Assembly (NCBI GenBank): GCA_000934665.2
Contig: KZ538059.1
Span: forward strand, 124,001-146,927
Direction of reading: 5' to 3'
Origin: Catajapyx aquilonaris
Lineage: Eukaryota
DNA: 22,927 bases
Under the pieces are notes generated by a model that made no database searches, was not told the DNA's origin, and worked only from the letters and a program-made list of their open reading frames with translations. The position numbers and the translations under genes were made by a program. Shown one piece after another: positions 1 to 11,561 of this stretch (positions within the stretch are counted from its first letter, which is position 1; each line of letters starts with the position of its first letter).

Positions 1-1218
1 TAAGCTGCATGAGGGAGGTTATGAGCGGATGGGAGAAAGGAATGAAGTGGAGAGGGGAGATGAGATGGTATGAATTGATTGGTGAAGCTTCAGTCTACCT
101 TTATAGATACTGTATTCCTTTGTGGTTTTACGTTCCGACGGGCTGTAATATAAATAAACTTATACTGTCCTTAAATTAAAATATGCTCCAAAAACGCACA
201 TACAAATGTTTTAGCTTTAAAAATGAACCAGCCTGATTTCTCTCTTAATTTACCAGTTTTATGGTATGTATATGTGTGGAGGGAGGGGGAGTGGACGAGG
301 ATAAACACCGTATTTTTCCGGTACGTAGTACATGAAAGACTCGTTAGGATTGCACAGAGTTGATACATTCCGTCCTACCAAAAAGGCACATCTGAACATT
401 GCTATCAGGTCATGTTTTTATCGAGTAGTCTGGCCCAAACGACCTTGTCACAATGTGCCCAATATAGCCTTTTTTCGGTAAAGTGCAGAATAATAGTACA
501 AATAACAATTCCTATTGATGCTAATGTTTAATGTTGAATGCCACGATTTCATGGAACCCTGGTTGAAAAAACAGTGTTTGGGAATCCCTGAGGAGGAGGA
601 ATATGCAGCATAGAGGTAGAAATATCAGGTCTCTTGTGGTAGAAAATGGGATGATTGTCATTCCTTCGGAGCATTTGGAAGTCAATATTGCTCCCCGAAA
701 CGTGGGAAAACGTACCGGAATATGCGCGACCATATTTTAAAAACTTGGATGATGCTCCGCTTATAGAGACGTCTGACGGGGTGAAGTGAAATACTCCAGA
801 TGGAGCGTCAACATATAGAATTACATGCGTCTTAAAGTCAAGTCCTACTTATGGCAGAGAATGATTTCCTGGAATTTTTGCTTGGTTTATTCAGGTCCCC
901 GTCAAATTTCAGTAGTACTTGTATATGCCTATGAAGCATAGAGAGGTGCTCGGTGAAGAAAACAGCCTCCCCATTTCTACATGGGAATTGGGGGGAAATT
1001 TTGAGAAAAAGCGCCAAACTTGAACTGTTAGCACAGCATAGAATATGCGGTGGTTTACCTCTGCCTAACTTGTAAATAATTACAGATTTAGTATTATCAA
1101 ATTTTATAGTTACTATTAACAAACAATTGTCCAACGCTACAAATTAATAGCGCAGAATTTGTGTACAAACACTGCTGTACTTGCGTAAATATTTATTTCA
1201 GTTCATAATGTGGTGAAC

Positions 1219-1237
1219 GGGGGGGGGGGGGGGGGNG
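1219..1237. repeat. poly-G homopolymer (G17-N-G)
   Basis: Direct reading: 17 G, an ambiguous base at 1236, then G. Length may be unreliable because of the N. Confidence 0.9.
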
Positions 1238-4200
1238 TTATAGTAATATTTTGTTAACCTTTATGAATACTGTTGTGTCGGGCTTTGGTTGAATATGGAT
1301 TCTGTGTCTCACAACAGTTGCATTCCACATCAAAGGCTAATTTAAATTATGCAACATATGGAAATCTTCGCAATGTTATGTCAAATTAATAATTATTTTG
1401 ATCAGTTTCATTAACATTTTCCTTGAATCAATAAGTACTTGCACATTTTGTCACCATAATTTGAGCATTAACCGTTCACAAATCACGCGTGACATGGGCT
1501 AACCAACAAATCTGATACAATAAATTCAATCGAATAAACAGTGTCAACACATCCAACCTACTCCAGAGGCCTAAATCTTAGCAGGTGACGAGTAGGTGGT
1601 GCATGTACTGAACATAAACCCATTCGGGCTGAATGAACGTAAGTTATGAATACGAATATGGTTGACTCAGGTCAGGGATCGGCTCAAGCGAAACGTGACA
1701 GGTAAGCGTTGTCATGCAGAGAGGCCATGATACCATTAGGATAAGGATGGAAAGAAAAATGATATTGAGGGAGGGGAATTGAAATCAGCAGTTGAGCTCC
1801 CTGCATGCAAGCCATGATAAAAGCCGAGCAAAACAAGAGAAAAAAGGGGAGGCCATCCCCGGCTAATGATGAGATTAGTCAAATGAAGCTGACAATGACC
1901 GAAGGTTTGTAGTTGGTGTCTCATTAGAATTAATGGAGACACTCAAATTAGTCAGATGGGATTGCACCGACAGGAAATGAAATGAAGGCAATTTAGGAGA
2001 CCAGGCTTAAGGAACACGGTTGACATTATCCAGAGGAAAAGGGTCCAGAGGTTATGAAATTCGACATGCTGACATGTTACGAGTCCAGTGTACATAATCA
2101 GAGGGGAAAACGCGATTTTGGGCCTGTCGTGTAGAACCTTTTGATTTGGGCTCTCCCCACCAATCCCCCCATCCCAAAAAAAGAGATAAAACAGTGTGGA
2201 ATGAATGGCAATGTGAAGTAATTACAGGGTTAGTGACAGACTGCTACAGCTGCAACCTGACTGACTTGCTACTGATATTACATAATTGCCTCGCATTCAC
2301 AATTCGGCAAATGTGCCCTTGTTTTGACGCGAGTTGCGTCCCTAAAAAGCGGGTATCTACAGCATAATATACGCATTGCGGAGGGGGCACTATCAATTCT
2401 CTAGGCTAAGCGTATGTCACTGGATCCGCAGACCTTCCTCCTTTAATCCCCGGATCCCAATCACTTTTTGCTAATTGAAAGTTCCGGGCACGAAGTTTGT
2501 TTCGGGAGCGACAGGCACTTCCTCGGCACGGCGATTCTCATTCTCATATGTCAGTGGGCATTTTATTTCCAGCGCCTGGAGAGAGATCGATGTGCCGTTA
2601 TTCCGAATTGGCCTACAATGGATGGCAGCTAAAAAAACGGAATAGCTGCTCTTAACATCAGCTCTTTCGGAAGGACTCGATCATCACCCTACATTGGGTC
2701 ACCTGATTACCAACTAAATAAACCAAAATTTTTGGAAACGCTAATCATGCAAACGGAATATAAGCCAATCCCTGGCGGAATACCAGAATGATATGGCCTT
2801 TTCCATTCAACCCGAAATCCAGTATGGCCCACTGGTTGTTTCCCACAACACGCGTCTTGACTGAATTGGCCGCCAGGGAGAAGCAATAATGTTGCTCCTA
2901 ATGACGCATTTGAATGCAAAAGCTACCACCTCGGTTTCATTCTGGAAAGCTTCTCTCGCGGATCAGATAAAACCTCCGGCCCTATACATCAGGCAGAGTT
3001 TCTCAGTCGTCCAGCAAACCGGAATATAATTTCCGTCGCCGATTTCACGTGAGAAATGAGAAAAAGGAAGCTTCCTCCTACTGCTACTGCCTCCCCCTTT
3101 CTCTCCTTTCCTAACCCATTCCTCTCCTTTTCCTTCTGACCAATGGTGGTGACCTTCCCGAAGCGTGGAAAACGGGCTTATATTATGCAATCCGAGCGAA
3201 AAGGCCTGTGCGCAATGCAGATTCTGCCTCCCAAAGGGACTTGAGGAGAGCAGCCTGGATTTAGGGCACAAGGAGATGCAGCTTTTCCCGAGGAAAGCTG
3301 GCCCCCATTACCTTTGGGCTTTCCATCTAAGATAGGCCTGCTGGCTGCCTGCAAGCACAGCCCGAATTTCCCATTCCCTATACACTATACGTACAAGCAG
3401 TGTTTGCCACTCTCTCCGATGCATTTGCAGGAGGAGGGAGGGAGGGAGGCTGCTATAGGAGGATATGACTGGCACAATCTAATGCACTTATTCACGATGG
3501 AACTTCGTTATAGGAAGGCCATATGATTGGCTCAGGTTAGGTCAGCATGTTAAGTTGATAATTATAATGTATTGGGACTTGTTGGATATTCACACAAATG
3601 ATTGTCCACTGAGTATGTTTTTTTTTAATTCTTGTTACTAGTACTACTCAACTGCTGGGATCAAGTAGAAATTATTGTATGTGAATATGTCATATTTTTA
3701 AAACGAATCCTTAAATAATATTAGCATAAAGGGGGCCGTAATTCTGTTTTACATCTGAAATTAAGAGAGCGATAATTACGTTTCAGGTAGGCTGTTGTTT
3801 TACAGATGCAGTCATACACATTTAAAAGAGATGTAATATCTGCAGAAAGAACTTCGGGCGTTTGTTCGTAGCCAAATTCATGCACCTGTGCTGCGATCGT
3901 TTTTTAAAGCTCTATTGTACCCTAGATATTTCTTATCGGAAAATGTACTACCAGACCAGGCTCATGGGTAGATCAATAAAACGTTGATTGCACCACAATA
4001 ACGTGGGCAGGAATTCTTCCAAAAATAAATGAATGCAGTACTGCATATTACCAATACCTTGTGGAACCTTTTCCAGCTCATATCCTTATCGGTGAAAATC
4101 TTACTTCCAATCTTCTATACTCTTACCCTTCAAGTGTGACAGAGAGGTAGATCTAGACCGTTGAAAATGCCATTAATGGACTTTCCAACGATGGGTACCT

Positions 4201-5045
4201 ACCTGCAGTAAAACTCCTTGAGAAGGGCTAGAAGCGAGCATTCCGATATTTCTACTTACGCAGGCCTGGTGTTTGTTCCACCTAGCATAAAAGACAATCG
4301 TTGCTTTATGAGTGATACCGGTATTTGGTTGTGTATACTACACAAATCGAAGTATATTTTAAGTAATTTGGTAGGCTAATATTAAAACTAACCTCTGCAT
4401 ATTTCCACATATTTGTTCATGAAAGAGAAACGTAATGATAAATCTGCTTAATCCAGAGAGAATAGCATTAGTTATTGTTGTTGTGGTACTGTACGTATAA
4501 ATGAAGGGCATCTTAATACGAGTTCATTAAAATTTCCAGCTTGAGTCATTCTTTGAAATTTTATGGTCAGGTAGTCTATCATCATTAGCTGCGTCATAAT
4601 ATTTTGAATTTTCTTATGGAAAACCCGAAGATTTGCTTCAAATCACAGTGTAATCGTGGCTAGTGAGATTGCCCATTATGACATATCTTATGTGGTGCGA
4701 CTTTTTCACACAGAATATGTAATATTGCTTTTAAAAATTCAGTATGTATGATTTTGCAATCGACTGTGGTGAAAAGAGGGAAACATTTACATTGCCTGCC
4801 TGTAATGCACATCTGATGTCAGATTTACCCAACCTTTTAACTACCCGTTAAGGTTGGAGAAAACACCCACCTAGCCCCACGAAAGGACCAACATGTATAT
4901 ACAAGAATTACAACTTGATGAACCCGACCGTAGCCTTGTTCGGTACACACATTACAAGTGATAGTCATGTCCAACTTCCTTCATCCTGTAAGAGCCCTAA
5001 CCTATGTGCCTCTCTTGTTCACCACTTTGCCTGCTTGGTAGGGGG

Positions 5046-5081
5046 CTGCCTGCCTGCCTGCCTGCCTGCTTGCCTGCCTGC
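5046..5081. repeat. (CTGC)9 tetranucleotide microsatellite, one TTGC variant unit
   Basis: ctgc x6, ttgc, ctgc x2 read directly. Confidence 0.9.
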
Positions 5082-5468
5082 TGTTGATTCTCGTCTGTCA
5101 GGATCAGGATGGGAAAAAATAGTGAGGCCATCAACTGGCTGGTGCAGTCCTCCCTTGATCGACTAGTATTACACGGGCATTTATTTTCTAGGGAGAACCG
5201 CCCGCGCCCTTCCTCCCTACCCACCCTCTGTGTTAGATGGTGGTTTGGGCAAATGCAGGTCGCACGTCCGCCTCCACACTGTTCTGTACACGAAGGATTG
5301 ACGAGGGGGATTGGGGTCCCCCGAGTTTGCAAGGACATCGGCTCCCTCGTCACGTCTGCGAGTGTGTCAATGAGGACAAGTGGAAATAGTTCAGTAAGCT
5401 GCTGATTCAGTGCAACCGGGGAGAGTCCCCACCCTGGCAGCCCTCGCGCTATCCATGCCAAAGGATTA

Positions 5469-5511
5469 CCTCTCCCTCCCTCCCTCCCCTCTCTCCCTCC
5501 CAACCCTCCCC
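5469..5511. repeat. (CCCT)n-like pyrimidine tract
   Basis: cctctccctccctccctcccctctctccctcccaaccctcccc read directly. Confidence 0.8.
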
Positions 5512-7101
5512 TTTGGCTTCATATCGCCAGCGGCGGATTCATGCAGCAGATGTGGGCAACTCCCTCAGGCTGTTTCCACAGATTCAGCCCCACTCTTGGC
5601 CTCAATCCTCACCAACACTCCCCTCCGCAGGGAGCTGCTTTCATTCGGCCCTACAAGGTCCGCTCACTAATAAATTATCATCCTCTTGTGTCTTGCTGAC
5701 TCCGGCAACAACACCTCTCTCGAAATTAAACCGCCATCAGACTTTTCCGCCATAGACTTCACCCGCTACACTCTAAAGCCTCCTTCATACAGGGTCAGCA
5801 CTATTTCGGCCTGTGGAGTACATCATGTTTGGATCATCCCAGGCGGCTAGTGATAACTTTGGAATATTCCGAGTAGGTTCTAGGGCCGGCCTTCTGGTCA
5901 TGACTGGCAGGTAAATTAAACTGCTTCACAGTGCAATCATTTCCTGCGGCAATGCATTTAATTGAGGTCCGGCCTTGAGCCTGGGAGACGACTTGCGAAG
6001 TAATGAGACGCGAAGGCCTTGCTCGCAGCTGAAACTCATTCAACACGCAGCAGCTTTCCTCCATCTGATGGACGTGAAGATGCCCTGTCTTGGCTACTAA
6101 TCGGGCCTCACGTCATTCCATTCGGTGCAAAACCTTTCCCAATTATCTCATAATTAGTCGCCTTTTCAGTCCTCGCTAATCCCATTGCAGAAATGTCCCT
6201 TGCATTTCCGATTAAGCTGCATGCAGCGGCTAACGCTATTTTGCTATCCTGTTGCTGCTTGACAAATGCACGCGCGCTTGCAAGTCCCACAAAGTCAACT
6301 TGAAATCTGAACTTGCTGTATATGGCGGTCAGTATTGTTTTTGAAATGTCAAAATTTTGGAAGTCGAGTGCAATCATTTGGCAAGTTCAAATATTAATTT
6401 CAAGATGGATAGCAGAAAAGCGCGCTTTATTTGAATTGTGACCCAAAACTGATACCCCACACTCAAAATGGCCATCCAATGATAATAATCATGCACATTC
6501 CATAAGCAATTGTCAATCAATACACTGAAATGCGACTGGAGTTCATTCCACCATCTTACCTCAGAATTCTCATATTTATTTGGAGGTAGATAAAGGGTGC
6601 TCTTCCCTGCTGCTATTGTGATCATGCTGAAAATGCTGGAGAGCTTTACCTTGAGGAGTCTAATTTAAACCACCTTTTCCGTAAGCACCGGTGCAGCATT
6701 CTTGGGATAAGCTTTCTTAACAACAAAAATGAGACAGGGAGAGTCGGAATTTTCTACAACTTACAAAAACTTGGGCGAGATTTTCTAGCTAAAGCTGCAC
6801 CGTCTCATCTAGCTCAGGTTCACCCTACTAGGATTTTAGATTGCTCACTGTGGGACGCGGACTTTCATTCGTATTGTGTTTCAGACCTCTCTTGATGGAC
6901 ACTAATTAGTTCTCCTCCTTTTCTTTCCACATTTCCTCGGGACAAAACTTTCTGAAAGTAGGTCCTATTTGCGGACTCAACTTGCCTTATCGAACGCTAG
7001 AAGAAGTCAATTCCTGGACTTTTCTTCATTATCCTCCTTTAACTCGATAGTTTGCACAGCCTAGGCTTGAGAAGATTCTCAGAATGCTTTCATTTACTGA
7101 G

Positions 7102-7207
7102 TCTTTTTTTCTCTCTCTCTCTCTTCTTTTCCTTCTCCCTTTCAGCAGACTTCATTCTTTCTCCAGGCTTATTCAACACTACAGAATAAGTTACGAGCCC
7201 AACAGAG
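7102..7207 (+). other. 42-nt polypyrimidine tract/(CT)n followed by candidate splice acceptor(s) and a possible small exon
   Basis: Pure C/T run at 7102-7143, then AG (7144-7145, TTCAG-CAG). A second acceptor CTCCAG ends at 7166, and a weak donor AG|GTAGCG follows 7207. Splicing itself is not demonstrated. Confidence 0.3.
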
Positions 7208-8826
7208 GTAGCGTCAAGCAGTGAATGTTGATGGATATTTTTTTTTCTGGCCTAAAATGTTGTTTAAAAAATTATCTTTAAAGTTTTAAAGCTAGTTTTT
7301 CAACCGGAATGCTTTGATGTAAACTACATTTACTGGGCTCGCATTGTAATGGGAAAAATCCGCCACACTGATTATTACACAACCGCAACTGAACATTTTA
7401 ATGCCGTGACGTTTGCCTTGGTGTCCCCACAGTGCGTTGGGCAGCCCCTCATGCATTGATAAGTACTTTGGCTGTCATTCGTAAAATAATTCGGAAGCAA
7501 CGATTTGGAAGATTCTAATGAAAGCCATGTGACAATTTCACATGTTATGCAGTCACGTATCATTTTCCCACCATCGTCCGGAATATCAATCATCCATGAC
7601 GCTTACAGGATGTGGGTTTTATACCATTTTGAGCGAGGAGCAGAAGAGCAGACCTAATTTCTTGCACACACTGTACAGCTTTCTTCAAACGCTCCGATTG
7701 GAAGGAAATTTCCATAGTAAAAAGATAGCTCATGCAAATAAAAAAAAATGCTAGCCCTTCGGTTATCAAATCTAGAAACGGGTAGAAAGACAGAGAAGGT
7801 TCTTTGCGGAAACCAAAAACTGATAATGCCTGGAGTTGAGGACACGAGGAGACGAGTTTGAGGCCGGAAGGGAGAGAAAAATTCAACTCAGGTCCTGGAA
7901 ACTATCTTTGCTTCTGGGATCCTGTTAGGCATTCAGGTGAAGAAGGGGAAAGGTTTGGATAGCGAGAAGTAGGTAGCGAGGAAGCCGGAAATGCGGAGAA
8001 AGGATATGAATCTCCGATAAACCACGACTCTTGCCCCCCTTTGCCAAAAGCAGCCATTTTCATCAGGTGCGATAAGTTATCAGGAACGTGACACGGCCTG
8101 TGTGCCTACAAAACCACGACTTATACATGATTTCTTACGCCGGGTTTTGCGAGCGCACAATCGCGATTTGGTGCGGTGTCGCTACACAAGCGGGCCATCT
8201 TTATTGCTGTTTTTGGCAAATGGTGTGGTGGCTGCCAAGGCTCAGAGTTCTAACGAGACATTCTTCACGGTGTCAGCTTACGCGTGGAAACTTGGAGCCA
8301 GAAGAAGAAAAGAACAGTGATTTTCAGGCGCTGCTGAGAGATAAATGGCGGCAACTTCTTAGCTTCTCCAACCAACCTCAAAAACAACACGTGCAAGTGG
8401 CAAGAGTACAGACATTTCTTAAGTTATAGCTGCTCAAAGCTTTGGCAGAATTCTCCCATGCAAGGGGGTTCCTTTTACTAATATTGTCATCCACAGGTTT
8501 TCTTCGGTTGTAATTACGTAGATGTAAGTCTGCCACAGCGAAGAGTAAACTTAATTTGTAAACCTGTGGGGTCCTGGAGTACCCTGTAAGATAAACTCCG
8601 AATTTTCTTCTTCCAGACAAGGCTTAATGTAATGGCCATGTAACTGACAACATTTACTTTTATATCGTAATTATTCCCGGGAATAAATTAAATCCCCGTA
8701 AATTAAAACGTGAAATGCCCTAGGTATTTTAGGCGTTTAATGTACACAAATTGCTGTTCCACATCGCAAAATAATTTATAGTTAAGCCCATCTTACTCTA
8801 AAATAAATACAGCGTCATCATTACTA

Positions 8827-8972
8827 CAGTGCGGAAAACGAAACTGCGATCTGACGTCATCGTTTCTTACATTGTTCTTTTTTGTTGACATTGTTTACTC
8901 ATACTGTTGTGTGAGGGTATATTTCCATGGAAACCTTGATGACGTCAGATCGCCGTTTCGTTTTCCGCACTG
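8827..8972. mobile_element. MITE, Tc1/mariner-like (TA flanks, CAGTG termini)
   Basis: Left TIR cagtgcggaaaacgaaactgcgatctgacgtcatc (8827-8861) matches the reverse complement of gatgacgtcagatcgccgtttcgttttccgcactg (8938-8972) at 34/35. TA lies on both sides (8825-8826, 8973-8974). The interior is non-coding. Confidence 0.88.
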
Positions 8973-10799
8973 TAGTGTTCTACACAATCAAGCCACCTTG
9001 AGAAAAAGCATTTTACTTGGCCCTATCTGGAGGCTCCTTCATGTCCTCCATTGCATAATGCAAAAGCCAAGTTTAGCGAGTTGAAACATTGGGCTCAACC
9101 CCGACTTCCGGATAATTCCTCCGGCGAGCTACTACAAAGAAACCTTGCAAAATAACTGCTTCGCAGGGAAAAGTTGGTAGAGGTGGCTCGCGATTCGGCC
9201 AGCTCTGATTTTCATAGAAATGGTCCCCCTACCATCCTTTTCATCTAAAGACTGCACTATTTTTTTTCCAGCCTCCTACCTATCCCCCATCCTCTAGAGT
9301 ACCTTCCTACCTACCTCCCCTGTGCTCTTGAAACCCCGAGAAACGAGATGCAGCCAACTTCTTTCGCGCTACTAATTTAGACTCGCTTTTAATCGAGTTG
9401 GTGGCAGAGACGTGTAATTGGAGTTAAAGACAATGGGCTAGGGGAAAGAAAGATGGGCCCGCTGCCACTTACAGCCCGTGTCGTGCTGTGCAGTAATGGC
9501 GCTCACTTAATGTCAGCTTGCCACTTCATTAGCTCTCACTGGCCTAAATCTGTCTTGGGATTGCCAAGTCAGCTCTTTTGCCTCCTCTCACATGAAGACC
9601 GCAGTCATTACCCTGTCAAAGGTGGCTGCCAAACTACGGGGCGTATGCAAAGTAGTGACCAGCTACAGTACGTCTGAAGAGATACCGCACGGCGTATGTT
9701 GAAAACTTTGCCGGCAGTAACTCGTTCTTGTCGAAATCCTAGAGTCGACCATATCTTTAGAAGCAGCAGCCTTGGGTTCCGTTGCAAGGTGAACTACTCT
9801 GCGGTCCACAGCCGCTGTCGTGCTTGTAGATTCCCAACTTGACGACATATCGACTGGACCTCAGGCCCGAGGCTCCTTGCTTAAGATCCTAGTGTCGCAG
9901 AGAAACGTGGCTAGAATTCATGGCCTCATCCCTTCCAGGCCAAAGGTAATTATTCCCACTGTTCCCAAACTCCAAGTACCGAGAGAGACCTGCAGCACTG
10001 CCACATAACAAAGCAACTGCTTCAAACAACTCAAGCACCACAATGAAAGCATATCACGGGATAGGCTATCTCAAGCCTAGCTCTAGCACAATAACCTCTC
10101 ATCACTCATCTACAGGCGCAGCGGAAATATTGACCAGTCACTTTGCCCCCTTGAGTAGCATGCAGTATGCATGGCGTTTGATCAATGCAAAGGATGGGAT
10201 CATAGTTGGCAGACGGGCACTGGCTTGATGGTTTCATATTCGTGCATCAGTCGGATTAATGTCGGTTATTTGGGCTTGACTCGTTGACAGATATTTTATC
10301 CTAGATGAAGCTGTCAAAATTCAAGGTTATTCAGGCGGTGCCTTTTCAAAGATATCGATTCCGAGCTCATTCGTTTGTTTATAATGCGCCAAGCGTGGCT
10401 GAACATTTTGACCTATTGTGGAAATTTTTGTGACATTTTTCGTTCCCATTTTTTTACTGACTTCTACAGCATTATCTGGGGCTCTGGAAGCCAGGCGGTT
10501 CATTTTTAAAATCTTTGCAAATCCCATTTTCAGAGCAGTTGCCTGATTTCTGCATGCAAGATTAAATGCTGCCATAAGAGTAGTTTGGAAACAGGCTCTG
10601 TAAAGTGGTTTTTTACGCTCTAAAAAAGCTGACCACTTATGATCCTATATGCTATATACTGTACTATAAAACAAATATGGTATGTATATTGATGCTGCTT
10701 ATATGGAGCTGATCTGCCGAGGGGCTATGTACACTTTTTTAAATTAGTGACTCTCCAGGGAACAGGAGCAAGAAGGCGTAAAAGTCAGCACAGTTCAGT

Positions 10800-10913
10800 T
10801 GACCAGTGTGGATAGAGGGAAAGACTGACCTTCATGCTCTTCCCACAAGGCATAACAGTCCAGCAGTCTAGCCTAACGGCTTAGACAGCAGTTAGATATT
10901 ATTATATTATTAT
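10800..10913 (+). mobile_element. probable 5'-truncated retroposon 3' end (RTE-like LINE or SINE tail)
   Basis: Stem-loop gtctagcc-taac-ggcttagac (10866-10886) followed by a (TAT)n-like tail (10897-10913), the usual layout of non-LTR 3' ends. The 5' boundary is approximate. Confidence 0.35.
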
Positions 10914-11212
10914 AGACTATCACTTGTAAATTGTAATGTACGACAAAATTGTAAACTGAAGAGTGGAAATGATAAAGGGTCTAAGTGCCAAAAATAAAAT
11001 ATTTGAGATTATGCACTAAAAGAGCTATATGGCCCAAGGCCAATACTAATACGAAACCTTCCAAATGCCCCAGATGGCTCATTTGATAGCAGGCATTCCC
11101 CAGATAGCCTTCTCAGACCCGAAAGAGTTCTATTCAACATGCATGCTCCAGACTTTGTGTCTAGGTGTAATTTCGCACTGTGAATAAAAACCCATCCTAC
11201 ACATTTTCCAAA

Positions 11213-11561
11213 ACTTTTGTTTTTTTAAAATTGATACCCCGTGCTCGAGCCTTCGGCTCGTTTAGGGGGGTGGCATACCACCATCAGTTTTCTATTTTTA
11301 CTTCAATCTCCGTGCAAGGAATACTAGGATATAGGGTAGGGAAAGGGATTGTTGGGGAGGGGACACTTATGCAGGTGCATTGTCTTATGGCTTTTGGGCC
11401 ATGTGCAGTCCCCCAGGAGGTTAGGTTGCCAGACACCTCCTTGGTGCAGGTCAGAGACCCTCCCGACGCAGGTGAAAGGAAGTTCCCCAGGCGGGGATCG
11501 AACCTGGGGCCTTTCACTCAGCAAGCCGAGACGTTACCATCTCGGCCACCACACCTCCCCC
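11213..11561 (-). mobile_element. full-length tRNA-derived SINE (~350 bp) with 13-bp TSD
   Basis: Minus strand has an A box TGGCCGAGATGG (11537-11548) and a B box GGTTCGATCCC (11494-11504) at tRNA spacing. AGGCCCCAGGTTCGATCCCCGCC resembles the tRNA-Ala T-arm. A 3' hairpin CGAGCC-GAA-GGCTCG (11246-11260) precedes an A-rich tail (11213-11226). The direct repeat cacattttccaaa flanks it at 11200-11212 and 11562-11574. Confidence 0.9.

Noticed and set aside
1..166. Purine-rich open frame followed by AATAAA, a possible LINE or gene 3' end
   Set aside because: Truncated by the window edge with no diagnostic motif, so it cannot be supported.
552..576. ggaaccctggttgaaaaaacagtg resembles a Charlie-type hAT right end
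   Set aside because: Imperfect terminus, with no partner TIR or TSD found.
4997..5503. Longest ORF (168 aa) and overlapping ORFs
   Set aside because: No recognisable domain. Its low-complexity parts come from the CCCT and CTGC repeats, and ORFs overlap on both strands as expected in GC-richer non-coding DNA.
701..10847. Su(H)/CSL sites (701, 2840, 3048, 10840)
   Set aside because: About three are expected by chance in 23 kb on both strands, and there is no paired-site arrangement.
11485..11561. Possible tRNA gene on the minus strand
   Set aside because: A and B boxes are present, but there is no proper acceptor or anticodon stem. It continues into a body, tail and TSD, so it is a SINE head.
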